A stretch of 29,341 nt of DNA, taken from Synechococcus sp. GTDB lineage: Bacteria > Cyanobacteriota > Cyanobacteriia > Thermostichales > PCC-7336. The stretch covers positions 1 to 29,341 of the forward strand of contig JBFRWD010000084.1 in NCBI GenBank assembly GCA_051439425.1. Reading direction: 5' to 3'. Each line of letters starts with the position of its first letter. The first letter of the stretch is position 1. A program made the translations under genes and the position numbers. This document shows, in pieces, positions 19,291 through 28,970 of this stretch. Under the pieces are notes generated by a model that was not told where the DNA came from, did not search any database, and saw only the letters and a list, made by a program, of their open reading frames with translations.

Positions 19291-19626
19291 CTACTCGGAG
19301 TCAGGCGTTTGAGCTGATTCATCAGGAATGGGGATAAAAAGCCAGTCTAAGAACGTGACGGGTTCTGGATTTGTTTCCGGAGAAATGGGATTGGAAGCAG
19401 GGTCCCCCTCCAGAGAATCTTCTCCTGTTGTAGCGGCAGCATCTAGGTTGTCAGTACTGCCCTGTTCGGGGGATTGGGTTGTGGATTGAACTTCTTCCTG
19501 GCGATCTTCAGATTCAGGAGCAGGCTCTTCGATTTCGAGGGGAGGAGTAACAAAGCCGTTAAACGCCACAGCAGACAGTGACAGCATCGCTAGAACCGGG
19601 CCGTAGAATTTTGTGCGCGAGTCCAT
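19291..19626 (-). CDS. Hypothetical protein with N-terminal hydrophobic anchor and acidic disordered tail
   Basis: MDSRTKFYGPVLAMLSLSAVAF followed by an E/P/S-rich region; divergent from priA. Confidence 0.6.
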   Translation of the reverse strand: MDSRTKFYGPVLAMLSLSAVAFNGFVTPPLEIEEPAPESEDRQEEVQSTTQSPEQGSTDNLDAAATTGEDSLEGDPASNPISPETNPEPVTFLDWLFIPIPDESAQTPDSE

Positions 19627-19721
19627 AGAACAGCTTATAACTCCATCTCTAATTCTACCCGCGGGTTCTGCAAGCCAAGATTGAATACATTCACTGGCAT
19701 CCAATCGAATTGCTCGGTGAA

Positions 19722-22301
19722 ATGGAGCTATCATCGCAGGTGCTTGCCGATGGAGCGGATGTGTTGCTGGAACTGTTTCCGTCTGACGATGGGTCGAAAA
19801 AAGACAGGCGGTCTAACCCAGATCGGCAATCCAGCCCAGAGCGGCCATCCAACGCAGTAGAACAGACTGAACAGGGTACCGGACAGCTGGCTCGTTGGGT
19901 GGAAGTTCTCGTCGATCGCCCCGGAAATCTAGAAGCATATACTTACCAGCTTCCAACAGAGCTAGAGTCTGTGCAGCCAGGAGATGTGTTGGCAGTACCG
20001 TTTGGCTCGCAGGTGGTCAGCGCGATCGCCCTTCGCTGTCTGGATACCCTGCCCGAACACCTCAATGCCAACAAAATCCGTACGGTAGAAGATAGTGTCG
20101 CGACTGGCCTGCTCCCGCCTCATTTGCAGGTGCTGCTGCAGCGCGTTGCTCGATACTACGTCACCCCGCTACAGCAAGTGGTACGCACGGTTTTGCCACC
20201 GGGAATTTTGGCCCGCGCCCAGCGGCGCATTTGCTTGGACAGGTGCGATCGCCAATCTACGTTATTCGAAGCATCGTTATCGGCTCCAGCCCAAGCCATC
20301 TTGGAATTGTTGCAGGGGCAAAAGCAAGGTGATTTATCTTGGCGGTACGTCCGGCAACGAGTGAAACAGGCCTCAAAAGGACTGCAAGAACTCCAGCGCC
20401 TCAAGTTAGTGCGCAGCTATTGGAAAAATGGCAAAACTGTTGCGGCCAAAACTCAGCAGGCGGTCACTCTGTGTAGCGGCCATGTGGATGATGCGGGACT
20501 GACGCCACGACAACAGGACGTGCTGGCGACATTACGGCAACTGGGGGGAGAAGTCTGGCTAACAGAGTTAGTCTCTGCAGCCAAAACCACCCGCAACGTT
20601 GTGCAGGCATTAGAAAAAAAAGGACATGTGGCGATCGCCACTCGGGAAAAACTCAGATCCCCAACATCACCAGAGGTAGGACGCGATTCCCAAAAGACCT
20701 TAACCGCTACACAGGCGGAGGCCGTAGAGGCAATCGTTACGGCCTCCGCTGGCACAATGCTGCTGCAGGGGGTGACAGGGTCTGGAAAAACTGAAGTCTA
20801 TTTGCAGGCGATCGCCCAACGGCTAGAGGGTCAACAGTCCGCGTTGGTGTTGGTGCCGGAAATAGGCCTGACACCGCAATTGGCCGACCGCTTTCGGGCT
20901 CGATTTGGCGATCGCGTATTGGTCTATCACAGTAATTTGTCGGTGGGGGAACGCTTTGATGCCTGGCGGTTGATGCTGGATGGTGGCTCTTACGTAATAG
21001 TTGGTACTCGCTCGGCGGTGTTCGCTCCGATCTCGAATCTCGGTCTGATCGTTCTCGACGAAGAACACGACGACAGTTTTAAAAACGACCGCTCCCAACC
21101 CTGCTATCACGCCCGCACGGTGGCTCAATGGCGATCGGAACAGGAGGGCTGTCCGTTGGTGCTGGGAACGGCTACCCCCTCCCTCGAAACCTTTACGTCA
21201 GTGGTGGGCGATCCCCAGCGACATTTGGTGTTGCCGCAACGCATTGGTGCCAAGCCGCTACCCCCAGTTGAGGTTGTCGATTTGCGAGCCGAACTGGAAA
21301 AGGGCAATCGCTCGGTGCTAAGCGGAACCTTGCGATCGGCTCTGGAAGACACGGTGAGATCGGGGCAACAGGCAATCTTTTTTCTGCCCCGGCGGGGATA
21401 CAGCACGTTCATTCAATGTCGCAGTTGCGGTCTGGCCATGACCTGCCCCCATTGTGATGTGTCGCTGACGTACCACCAGGTGGGCCACGAGCTGCGCTGT
21501 CACTATTGCGGCTATCGCACTCGAAAACCCAACACTTGTCCGAGCTGCCACTCGGTGTATTTCAAAGAATTTGGCACTGGCACTCAGCGGGTGTGCGACA
21601 AACTTCAGACAGAATTTCCCGAATTGCAAATTCTGCGGTTCGATCGCGATACCACTCGCCAAAAAGACAGCCATCGCCTCATCCTCGACAAGTTCCGTAA
21701 TGGCGATGCCGATGTGTTGGTGGGCACTCAGATGCTGACGAAGGGACTTGATATCCCCGATGTGACGCTAGTGGGAGTATTGGCCGCCGATGGCTTGCTC
21801 AACATGGCAGATTTTCGGGCGGGGGAGCGGGCGTTTCAGCTGTTGACCCAGGTAGCTGGGCGGGCCGGACGCGGAGATGTGCCGGGACGAGTGATCCTGC
21901 AAACCTATCTTCCCGACCATCCGACGATCGCTCACGTGCGGTCCTACGACTACGACACCTTTGCTGCGATGGAGCTGGAGCAGCGACAGGAATTAGGGTA
22001 TCCACCGTTTCAGCGATTGATTTGCTTTCGGATTAGCAGCGAGGAGCAGGCAGCGGCGGAAGCATTTAGTGAAAAAGTAGCGAATTTTCTGAGCGATCGC
22101 GGTTGGGGAGATGTCCTCGGCCCCTGTCCGGCGCAAGTGGAGCGGGTGGCGGGACGATGGCGTTGGCAAGTGTTATTGAAGGAACCTGCCGATTCGGGAT
22201 GGGACCTCAACCAATTGGCTACGGCTCTACTGCCTCTTCCCCAACGCACGCCAGCAGCAGTGCGATTAAGCATTGATGTCGATCCGCTGCGGCTACTGTG
22301 A
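19722..22301 (+). CDS. priA: Primosomal protein N' (replication restart helicase)
   Basis: GVTGSGKTEVY, DEEHD, four CxxC zinc knuckles, GTQMLTKGLD, QVAGRAGR, C-terminal IDVDP. Exact start uncertain. Confidence 0.97.
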   Translation: MELSSQVLADGADVLLELFPSDDGSKKDRRSNPDRQSSPERPSNAVEQTEQGTGQLARWVEVLVDRPGNLEAYTYQLPTELESVQPGDVLAVPFGSQVVSAIALRCLDTLPEHLNANKIRTVEDSVATGLLPPHLQVLLQRVARYYVTPLQQVVRTVLPPGILARAQRRICLDRCDRQSTLFEASLSAPAQAILELLQGQKQGDLSWRYVRQRVKQASKGLQELQRLKLVRSYWKNGKTVAAKTQQAVTLCSGHVDDAGLTPRQQDVLATLRQLGGEVWLTELVSAAKTTRNVVQALEKKGHVAIATREKLRSPTSPEVGRDSQKTLTATQAEAVEAIVTASAGTMLLQGVTGSGKTEVYLQAIAQRLEGQQSALVLVPEIGLTPQLADRFRARFGDRVLVYHSNLSVGERFDAWRLMLDGGSYVIVGTRSAVFAPISNLGLIVLDEEHDDSFKNDRSQPCYHARTVAQWRSEQEGCPLVLGTATPSLETFTSVVGDPQRHLVLPQRIGAKPLPPVEVVDLRAELEKGNRSVLSGTLRSALEDTVRSGQQAIFFLPRRGYSTFIQCRSCGLAMTCPHCDVSLTYHQVGHELRCHYCGYRTRKPNTCPSCHSVYFKEFGTGTQRVCDKLQTEFPELQILRFDRDTTRQKDSHRLILDKFRNGDADVLVGTQMLTKGLDIPDVTLVGVLAADGLLNMADFRAGERAFQLLTQVAGRAGRGDVPGRVILQTYLPDHPTIAHVRSYDYDTFAAMELEQRQELGYPPFQRLICFRISSEEQAAAEAFSEKVANFLSDRGWGDVLGPCPAQVERVAGRWRWQVLLKEPADSGWDLNQLATALLPLPQRTPAAVRLSIDVDPLRLL

Positions 22302-22364
22302 ACAAGTCACTGTAGGCTTAGGGTTATTTTTGCAGCTTAATAAAATGCAGCAGATCTCACAGTC

Positions 22365-23071
22365 GGCATTGTCAACTCAAGGCGAAACCGTCAAACTTGA
22401 GCACTATATTTTTCAGATGCGGTTCGGTGTGATGACGAACCAAACCACTTTCGGGCAGCTCACCTCCTGCCAGCTCTTGAATTGCTGGCGCATCGGTTCT
22501 CGATATTTTGTTGCTGCGAGTTGCCGCTGATAGGGATTGAAGTGTTCTCGCCTCGGCTCAAAAGCTGAAAGCAATCGTTGGCCCTGACCTGCAGATTTAA
22601 AAAATGGTCTATTCACCTCTTCCTAACCCTTGAGGACCGAGACGAGTTTTCCTCGAATGTCATATCGAATGATAGCGAGGTAGCTAGAAGAAGAGCTTTA
22701 GCAACCACCACTCCGCAGGCAAGGAAATATTCATAGGGATAGATGCCCACAAAACGACCTATTCGATTGTGGCGAGAGCAAACAAGGAAACGGCCAAAAG
22801 ATGGACAATAGCAGCATGTCCGAAAGGTTTGATTCGCATAGGTCTGAGCAAACTTGAGGCACCATTTCCGGATCGCTTCTTGGATAACACAGGTGCCGCG
22901 GTAGAGCATCATCTTCTCGATATCCCTGAAGCTCGGAGGAAAGGTGTAATACTGCCAGACGCAATAGGAGACGATCTTGCTAAAGAAACGATGCCGCTTG
23001 TCACTGGTGCTCATCCCCTAACCCTTTCATCGCCGAGGGGTTGTTTCCAGGGCAGTTAAGCTGTCAATACC
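22365..23071 (-). mobile_element. Defective IS6-family element (both ends present, DDE core missing)
   Basis: Imperfect inverted repeats GGCATTGTCAACTCAA (22365) and GGTATTGACAGCTTAA (ending 23071). N-terminal piece RHRF..IVSYCVWQYYTF..SFRDIE (23014-~22829); C-terminal piece FKSAGQGQRLLSAF...FKSWQEV (~22605-22413). Confidence 0.85.
22613..22828 (+). mobile_element. IS110-family 5' fragment (upstream non-coding end plus first ~45 transposase codons)
   Basis: Frame from 22688 reads KKSFSNHHSAGKEIFIGIDAHKTTYSIVARANKETAKRWTIAACPKG, matching the GIDxHK first catalytic motif of the DEDD RuvC-like IS110 domain; no start codon. Confidence 0.72.
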
Positions 23072-23202
23072 CTCATCGGCAAAATACGTCTTTCCATCAG
23101 CTCTTGATACTTTTTGCTCCATTTCGACAAGACTGTAACGAAATACTTCCTCCTCTGCCCACCCAACAAAAACATCTCCTAGCTTGTAACAGCAGCTAGA
23201 GG

Positions 23203-23496
23203 ATTGCTTCAGCGGACATCTACGAAAAGATCTGGGAAGCAGATATCGACAACGGCAACGGCCTCAAAGCTTATCGTCAAGACCAAGCGAGCACCGCCAA
23301 AACTACCGCCAACAGCGGTAAAGGCTACGTCATCGTAGACGAAACCCAAACCTTCGAAATGTTCGACGACTCCCCCCAATTCACAAATAGCCGAGACGGT
23401 CTTATCACCCTTCTCGATCAAGACGGTAATCTCCACTCCCGTGTTAAGTACACTGCCAATCAGGCAGGTAATGAAGGAGTAACCATTACCTTCTAA
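23203..23496 (+). pseudogene. Internally deleted gene remnant: EndoU/XendoU-like N-terminus joined to a lamin-tail-domain-like C-terminus
   Basis: Open frame not in the ORF track: IASADIYEKIWEADIDNGNG...GYVIVDE...QFTNSRDGLITLLDQDGNLHSRVKYTANQAGNEGVTITF*. Family call is from motif recall only. Confidence 0.5.
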
Positions 23497-23662
23497 GCCC
23501 AGCGACTCTGACAATTATCCAAATTGCTTCGGCGAAAACTTCCACCCTGTCAGCGAGAAAGGGGCTCTCCATCGATCGGATCGGCATTGCGGGCCGTGGT
23601 AATTTAATCGGTATATTCCCGGTAAAGTTATTTGTTTCCAATCGCCATAAGGTGGATTTGAT

Positions 23663-25873
23663 ATGGCAATTACCGCGACTTTCTTTCCAACGCTCGGCAT
23701 ATGGCGGGTGAGAGGCGATGGCGAGATCGACACCGCCAGAACGATACCCTTCCGGGCCGAGTGGGTCCAAACTAACGGGGGCGACGATCTGATCGTCGGC
23801 AGGGGGAATCGCATCGGAAACGCTGCGGTCGAAACGCCCGACGGAAGCCTCGAGGATGGAAACCCGCTGCGCACTCTCTCCGATACCCTCGACGGCGGGG
23901 CGGGCGACGACGAGATCTTACTGGTGGATGGCGGCGGTCCCGTGCTCGCCGCCCGTCTCGCGATCGGTGGAACCGGGGACGATCTGATCACCAACCGCTC
24001 GCTCCGAACCACCGACGGTCAGGCCATCATCATCCTCGGCGATAACGACTCGATTAACACAACCGGCCACGGAAACGACACCATTGCCCCTGGCGTGCCG
24101 CAAGAGTCCATAGACGGCGGCGGTGGTCGGGACCTTCTGACATACCAGCTGGCGCCTGCCGCGGTTCAGATCCGCCTAGATGTGGGGATCGGGAGCGGCG
24201 GTATCCCAGAAGGCGAAGACCAAAGCGGTTTCGACAGCATCCGCCGGATCGAGGATCTCCGCGGTAGCAGATATAATGACGAGCTCACAGGGAACGGAAT
24301 TGGCAACCGCATCTGGGGTGGCCTAGGGAACGACAGTATCGCAGGCCTCGCCGGTGCTGATACGCTGCTGGGAGAAGACGGCCGGGATTCCATCACTGGT
24401 GGAACCGGAAACGACCTGATCGAGGGCGGCGACGAAAATGACACCCTGCGCGGCCAGGACGGGAGCGACACCATCCGCGGCGACAATGGGGCCGACAGTA
24501 TTTTTGGCGGCGACCAGAGCGACTTTCTCTTCGGCGGTGCCGATAACGACACAATCGACGGTGGAATTGGTGCCGACACCATTAACGGCGATGCTGGCCA
24601 GGACAGCATCCTCGGCGGTGCAGGCGGCGATGCGATCCGCGGAGGCGCCAACAATGACATTGTCGAAGGCGGCACCGGACAAGATCTTATCGCGGGCCAA
24701 AGGGGCAGGGACAGCCTTTCTGGCGGCGACCAAAACGATACGATTTCTGGTGGCGCCGGGGCCGATACGATCGACGGAGGCGCCGGGTTGGACGTGCTCA
24801 GTGGCGGCGACGGACTGGATGCGATCGAAGGGGGGACTGGGGCTGACACAATCCGCGGGGACAATGGGGCCGATACTCTGCGAGGCGGCGATGGCGGCGA
24901 CCAGATCTTTGGGGGCAATGGCGACGACTTTCTGCTCGGCGAAGCCGGCAGTGACCGCCTGATCGGTGGCTTTGGAAACGACGTTCTCCGTGGTGCCGCT
25001 GGCAACGACACCTTGCTTGGCAATGGCGACGATGACCGCTTATTCGGCGATAGCGGCAATGACTTTCTCAGCGGGAGTTCCGGCGAGGACATCATCAACC
25101 CAGGTACGGGGGCCGATATCGCAGAGGGCGGGACAGGGTTCGACATCGTTTCCTTCGCAGACACGAGTCGCACGGTGTTCATCAATCTCGCACAGGGCTT
25201 CGCTAACGCCGAGACAGCGGGCGGTGGGACCGAGGTCAACCTGATCTCAGAGTTCGAGGGAGCCTTCGGATCGCAGACTAATGACTTCATCTTCGGCTCA
25301 CGGTTCGACAACGAAATAAGAGGGCTTGGCGGCCCGGATGCAATCGCGGGCCTTGGCGGCGACGACACGATCCTGGGCGGAGACGGCAGTGACACGCTGT
25401 TCGGCAATCAGGGTAATGACGAGATTGGCGGTGGCGCTGGGGAGGACTGGATCGAAGGCGGTGGCGGTAACGACACAATGGATGGAGGAAGCGGCGGCGA
25501 CTTGTTCGTGTTCCGCGCCGCTGGCGACAGCGACTCCGAGGACGCCAACGCGAACTCGACTGGTAACGATACGATCCGCAACTTTGTCCTCGATTTGGAT
25601 CAGATCGACATCCGCGGCCTCGATGATGTTGAGTCTGTCTTTTTCACTCAGGTGAGTGCGAATAGCGCGTTCTTAGAATTCGTGGATATTGCAGGCACGC
25701 CGAATAATGTAGCGGACGATCGCACCGTCGGCACGCTATTAGTGAGCGGCGCAGGTGTCGGGACGTTCCTATCGACTTCCGCGGCCTACGGTCTCAACGC
25801 GGGTGCGATAGTACGCGCTGACGACGTCAGTATCTTCGGCCTATCCGATACGGATCCGTTCGTAATTTCCTGA
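23663..25873 (+). CDS. RTX-type (hemolysin-like) calcium-binding repeat protein, likely a T1SS substrate
   Basis: Dozens of GGxGxDxL/I nonapeptides, DLFVF...GNDTIRNF...DQIDI C-terminal region, no signal peptide; GC visibly higher than the flanks. Confidence 0.9.
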   Translation: MAITATFFPTLGIWRVRGDGEIDTARTIPFRAEWVQTNGGDDLIVGRGNRIGNAAVETPDGSLEDGNPLRTLSDTLDGGAGDDEILLVDGGGPVLAARLAIGGTGDDLITNRSLRTTDGQAIIILGDNDSINTTGHGNDTIAPGVPQESIDGGGGRDLLTYQLAPAAVQIRLDVGIGSGGIPEGEDQSGFDSIRRIEDLRGSRYNDELTGNGIGNRIWGGLGNDSIAGLAGADTLLGEDGRDSITGGTGNDLIEGGDENDTLRGQDGSDTIRGDNGADSIFGGDQSDFLFGGADNDTIDGGIGADTINGDAGQDSILGGAGGDAIRGGANNDIVEGGTGQDLIAGQRGRDSLSGGDQNDTISGGAGADTIDGGAGLDVLSGGDGLDAIEGGTGADTIRGDNGADTLRGGDGGDQIFGGNGDDFLLGEAGSDRLIGGFGNDVLRGAAGNDTLLGNGDDDRLFGDSGNDFLSGSSGEDIINPGTGADIAEGGTGFDIVSFADTSRTVFINLAQGFANAETAGGGTEVNLISEFEGAFGSQTNDFIFGSRFDNEIRGLGGPDAIAGLGGDDTILGGDGSDTLFGNQGNDEIGGGAGEDWIEGGGGNDTMDGGSGGDLFVFRAAGDSDSEDANANSTGNDTIRNFVLDLDQIDIRGLDDVESVFFTQVSANSAFLEFVDIAGTPNNVADDRTVGTLLVSGAGVGTFLSTSAAYGLNAGAIVRADDVSIFGLSDTDPFVIS

Positions 25874-25939
25874 CCCGCGCGGCGCGTCAGACCACCTTTC
25901 GGGCGCCGGGCCTGTCTCTGCAGCAGCAGCTGTTTAACG

Positions 25940-26020
25940 GACTTTGTCAACTTAACTGAGCGAAAAATCAACTAGCCAGTAACTACCCAATAATCATGCT
26001 GCAGCAGATACATGGGCGAT
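25940..26020 (-). mobile_element. IS6-family end remnant
   Basis: GACTTTGTCAACTTAACT matches the 22365 inverted repeat at 13 of 16 positions; minus strand reads ..AHVSAAA* just before it. Inner boundary uncertain. Confidence 0.45.
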
Positions 26021-26394
26021 CTGGCTCCAGATTTTGAAGCGCGATCTCAGAGTTTTTCGATAGGCGCTTGCCGAGCAACTTTTATCAACATCCAAGTTGT
26101 TTATGTTTTTCCGAAAAGAATAATTAAGAACTTTCCATAAAAACATATTATCTCATATGTCACAACACTCACTTTTATTAGGATAAGAGTGGTTGAGGAT
26201 GTGTGAGTTAAGGTTAGCGAAAAGGATAGTAATGCAAAATCATTTTAGGCCTTAGCAGCATTCTTAAGCGAATAAAAACGACACACTCAATATCGATTTG
26301 TTTTCTATTTATGGACAAATCAATTTATATTATATCCATAATCCAGACCACCTAACAAATTATTTTAATCACGATTTCAGTGCAAAAAAAGTAG

Positions 26395-27663
26395 GTGGGC
26401 ACTATGACTATTGATCTTTCAGGGCTACACTTTACCAACAATGCAGATATCGTTCCATCTTTGGGAGCTGATGAACTAACAAATTCAGGATTTGCTAACA
26501 CACTTAAGGGGAATGAAAGACTAACTGGAGTAAGTAGCAATCCTGGAACTACCCCTCCAGCTTTTTATAATGAGGGAAGTCTTTTAACTGGCTTAGGCCA
26601 TGACTATATTACGGCGAAAGGAGTTGGCCGAGGCCTTACAAATTATGGAGTTATTGACACCGGACCGGGCGAGGACAAAATTAATGTTATTTCTTCTAAT
26701 CCTACTTGGACTACTTTATTTAACCAAGGCACAATTATAATGGGTCACGGCCATGATTTAATTTCTGCTAAGGGAGATGGTTATTCAGGAATAAGGAATC
26801 GCGGAGTCATAAGTATAGGTGAGGGGAATGATGTTATTGATTCGAGCGGCGACGCCTACGGAATTTTCAACGACGGCGGTAACATCGAAACAGAAAAAGG
26901 TAATGATTCAATCATAGTCGAGGGGGTCGAGCGTGGTTTGTGGAATTATGGCTTGGTTGATACTGGACAAGGCAATGACAAAATTAAGGTCATCTCATCA
27001 AACCCAATAAGGACTACCTTTTTTAACAGAGGTATAGTTATCTCTGGTCATGGGAATGACGTCATAAGTGCAAAAGGTGGATATGCAGGAATAAGAAATG
27101 CTGGTGGTACAGTTGATACAGGCAAAGGAAATGACTTAATTGATGCTCGTGGTGAGAGTTTTGGAATTTTCAACGAAGAAGGAGGAGGAATCCATACAGG
27201 ATATGGTAATGACATTCTTACAGGTGTTTCTGAGTTGAATGCTGCCATTTACAACCGGGGGGCTGATAGTGAAATATTTACCGGCCAAGGTAGAGACAGA
27301 ATCATTGGAAGCAGCAGAGATAGCTTCGGCATCCTAAACGAAGGCAACATCGATACCGGTAGAGGTAATGACCTTGTAGATGCGCGTAAAGGTGGATTTT
27401 GGGGCAACGGAGATTTATATCTCGATAGTGGGAATGACAAACTCAGAGGCTTTGGAAGTGGAAACTTTCATGGTGGTCACGGCCGGGATTTACTGGAACT
27501 GACTGAAGGGCAGTATACAGTTGGAATTTCAGGTCATAAAGTTAGCTTCATTAACAGTGATGGCATCACTATGGATACCTTCCAGTTTGAAAGATTGCTG
27601 GCTGGCAGCAACAGGTTTAATTTCAATAACTTGTTCGATGGCCAGGAAATTAATGTCTTTTAA
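26395..27663 (+). CDS. Gly/Asn-rich RTX-like repeat protein
   Basis: Repeated GIxNxGxIxTGxGNDxI units (~23-25 aa), C-terminal GFGSGNFHGGHGRDLL..FERL; AT-rich. Start is GTG 26395 or ATG 26404. Confidence 0.82.
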   Translation: MGTMTIDLSGLHFTNNADIVPSLGADELTNSGFANTLKGNERLTGVSSNPGTTPPAFYNEGSLLTGLGHDYITAKGVGRGLTNYGVIDTGPGEDKINVISSNPTWTTLFNQGTIIMGHGHDLISAKGDGYSGIRNRGVISIGEGNDVIDSSGDAYGIFNDGGNIETEKGNDSIIVEGVERGLWNYGLVDTGQGNDKIKVISSNPIRTTFFNRGIVISGHGNDVISAKGGYAGIRNAGGTVDTGKGNDLIDARGESFGIFNEEGGGIHTGYGNDILTGVSELNAAIYNRGADSEIFTGQGRDRIIGSSRDSFGILNEGNIDTGRGNDLVDARKGGFWGNGDLYLDSGNDKLRGFGSGNFHGGHGRDLLELTEGQYTVGISGHKVSFINSDGITMDTFQFERLLAGSNRFNFNNLFDGQEINVF

Positions 27664-27678
27664 TTGAGCAACTTAAGC

Positions 27679-27881
27679 AACTTTGTCGCATTAGCTATCA
27701 GTTGACCAGGACTGGAAGAAGAAGGAGATGGATAATCGCCCCGTTTCCTTATTCTCGCCACGGCTTTTCAACCGTAGTCATCAGTTACGCAGGCTGGCTC
27801 TGCTATCGTTTCTGCTTGAGCTACCGGGATGTGGAGGAACTCCTGGATCGGCGTGGTATGGCAGTTAGCTACGAGACGGTT
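27679..27881 (+). mobile_element. IS6-family 5' remnant (truncated transposase)
   Basis: Degenerate end CTTTGTCGCATTA, then YSRHGFSTVVISYAGWLCYRFCLSYRDVEELLDRRGMAVSYETV; similarity stops there. Confidence 0.85.
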
Positions 27882-28002
27882 GTAATACAGCTACTTGAGA
27901 CCGCGAATCGTACTTGCTTACAGCGCCACACAGCAAATTGATACCGCGAACGATCGGATCTGCGCTGTCGGTATCCAGGCCCCAACACTTGCAGGGAAGC
28001 CG

Positions 28003-28529
28003 CTAATTCAGCACGGCGTCCTCATCCTCATCAACGACATCCGGAACAGATTCCACAATCTGAATTTTGATGGGGGTTTGCTCGGGTTGCGTCTTGTAGA
28101 AACCAAGGTGACGGCATAGCATTTCCAGTGCCGCAAGCTTGTCATGAAGCTACTCTACCCGTGCCATCTGCTGTCTGCGTCTCACGCATTGTTACGCGCT
28201 GAACGGCGATCGCACTTCCCTGGGATAGCTCACTGCTGGGCTTTACAACTATGCCGTTGTTCTCCCAACTCATCACATCAGTAATCCTGGAGAAGGCGAT
28301 CGCCGCTATCTCACGAACGAGACGATCGGTGCTAATTCTGGTTCGTTCCCTAATTGCAGCTATTTCAGCCGCCAAAGCAGTCTGAATGTTGACTCTGGTC
28401 AACAGCCTAGAGCCTTGATGTCGAGCCGTTCTTGGTGAATATCCAGCCCGTGTTGCAGCAACTGTTGCACACAGTGACTAGGCGTATTCTTTGAGAAACC
28501 GCCTTTGGTTTATTGCTTAGTTCAGCCAT
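28003..28529 (-). pseudogene. Phage terminase small subunit pseudogene
   Basis: MAELSNK/fs/QRRFLKEYA*SLCATVAATRAGYSPRTARHQGSRLL..IAAIAFSRITD../fs/*LHDKLAALEMLCRHLGFY: TerS AAxRAGYS and DKLxAL.L.xHLG motifs with two frameshifts and two stops. Confidence 0.85.
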
Positions 28530-28970
28530 GGTGTTCTCAGCTCTTCACCAGCAGAACTGGATTGCGATCGCTAATATCCACTTTTGCTCTCATGCGAGCT
28601 GCTCCAGAAACTTGTGAGAAATTCGGGCCAAACAAATGCTCTGGCTGATTTTTCGACCTCCACTCGTACTAATAGTCGAAGCTACCTCAACAGCATGCGC
28701 ACTAAGCCAATTGAATTAGCGATCTCCATTCACCCCCAGGACTCCTAACCTTTCCAGGGATAGCTATATCAACCATAGGCCAAGTGTCCCGATCGCATTA
28801 AACGCAAGACAGAAATCTGACAGCCCTTACAAGGCCTCAGCCCCTTCCAACATTCATTAGGACGACCTACTTATATTAACTTTGGCTAAAGAATACCGGG
28901 AGATCCGTTCTCTTTAAGTGTAGATTAGTAGGTTTACAGTAATGGAATAGAAGTGTGTTGAGCCTAAGCT

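Noticed and set aside
22613..23014. 133-aa ORF as an intact transposase
   Set aside because: Chimera of an IS6 N-terminus and antisense IS110 sequence; no DDE core.
23186..23199. NtcA-like site GTA-N8-TAG
   Set aside because: Mismatches the GTA-N8-TAC consensus and lies in decayed sequence.
23209..23514. 101-aa minus-strand ORF from the track
   Set aside because: The opposite-strand frame 23203-23496 carries the protein-like motifs; this one is its shadow.
24166..25407. 413-aa minus-strand ORF rich in S/P
   Set aside because: Antisense shadow of the Gly/Asp RTX repeats; no independent motif.
27895..27950. TTGAGACCGCGAA / TTGATACCGCGAA pair, also matching 13 nt in MITE copy C
   Set aside because: Too short, with no flanking similarity; may be chance.
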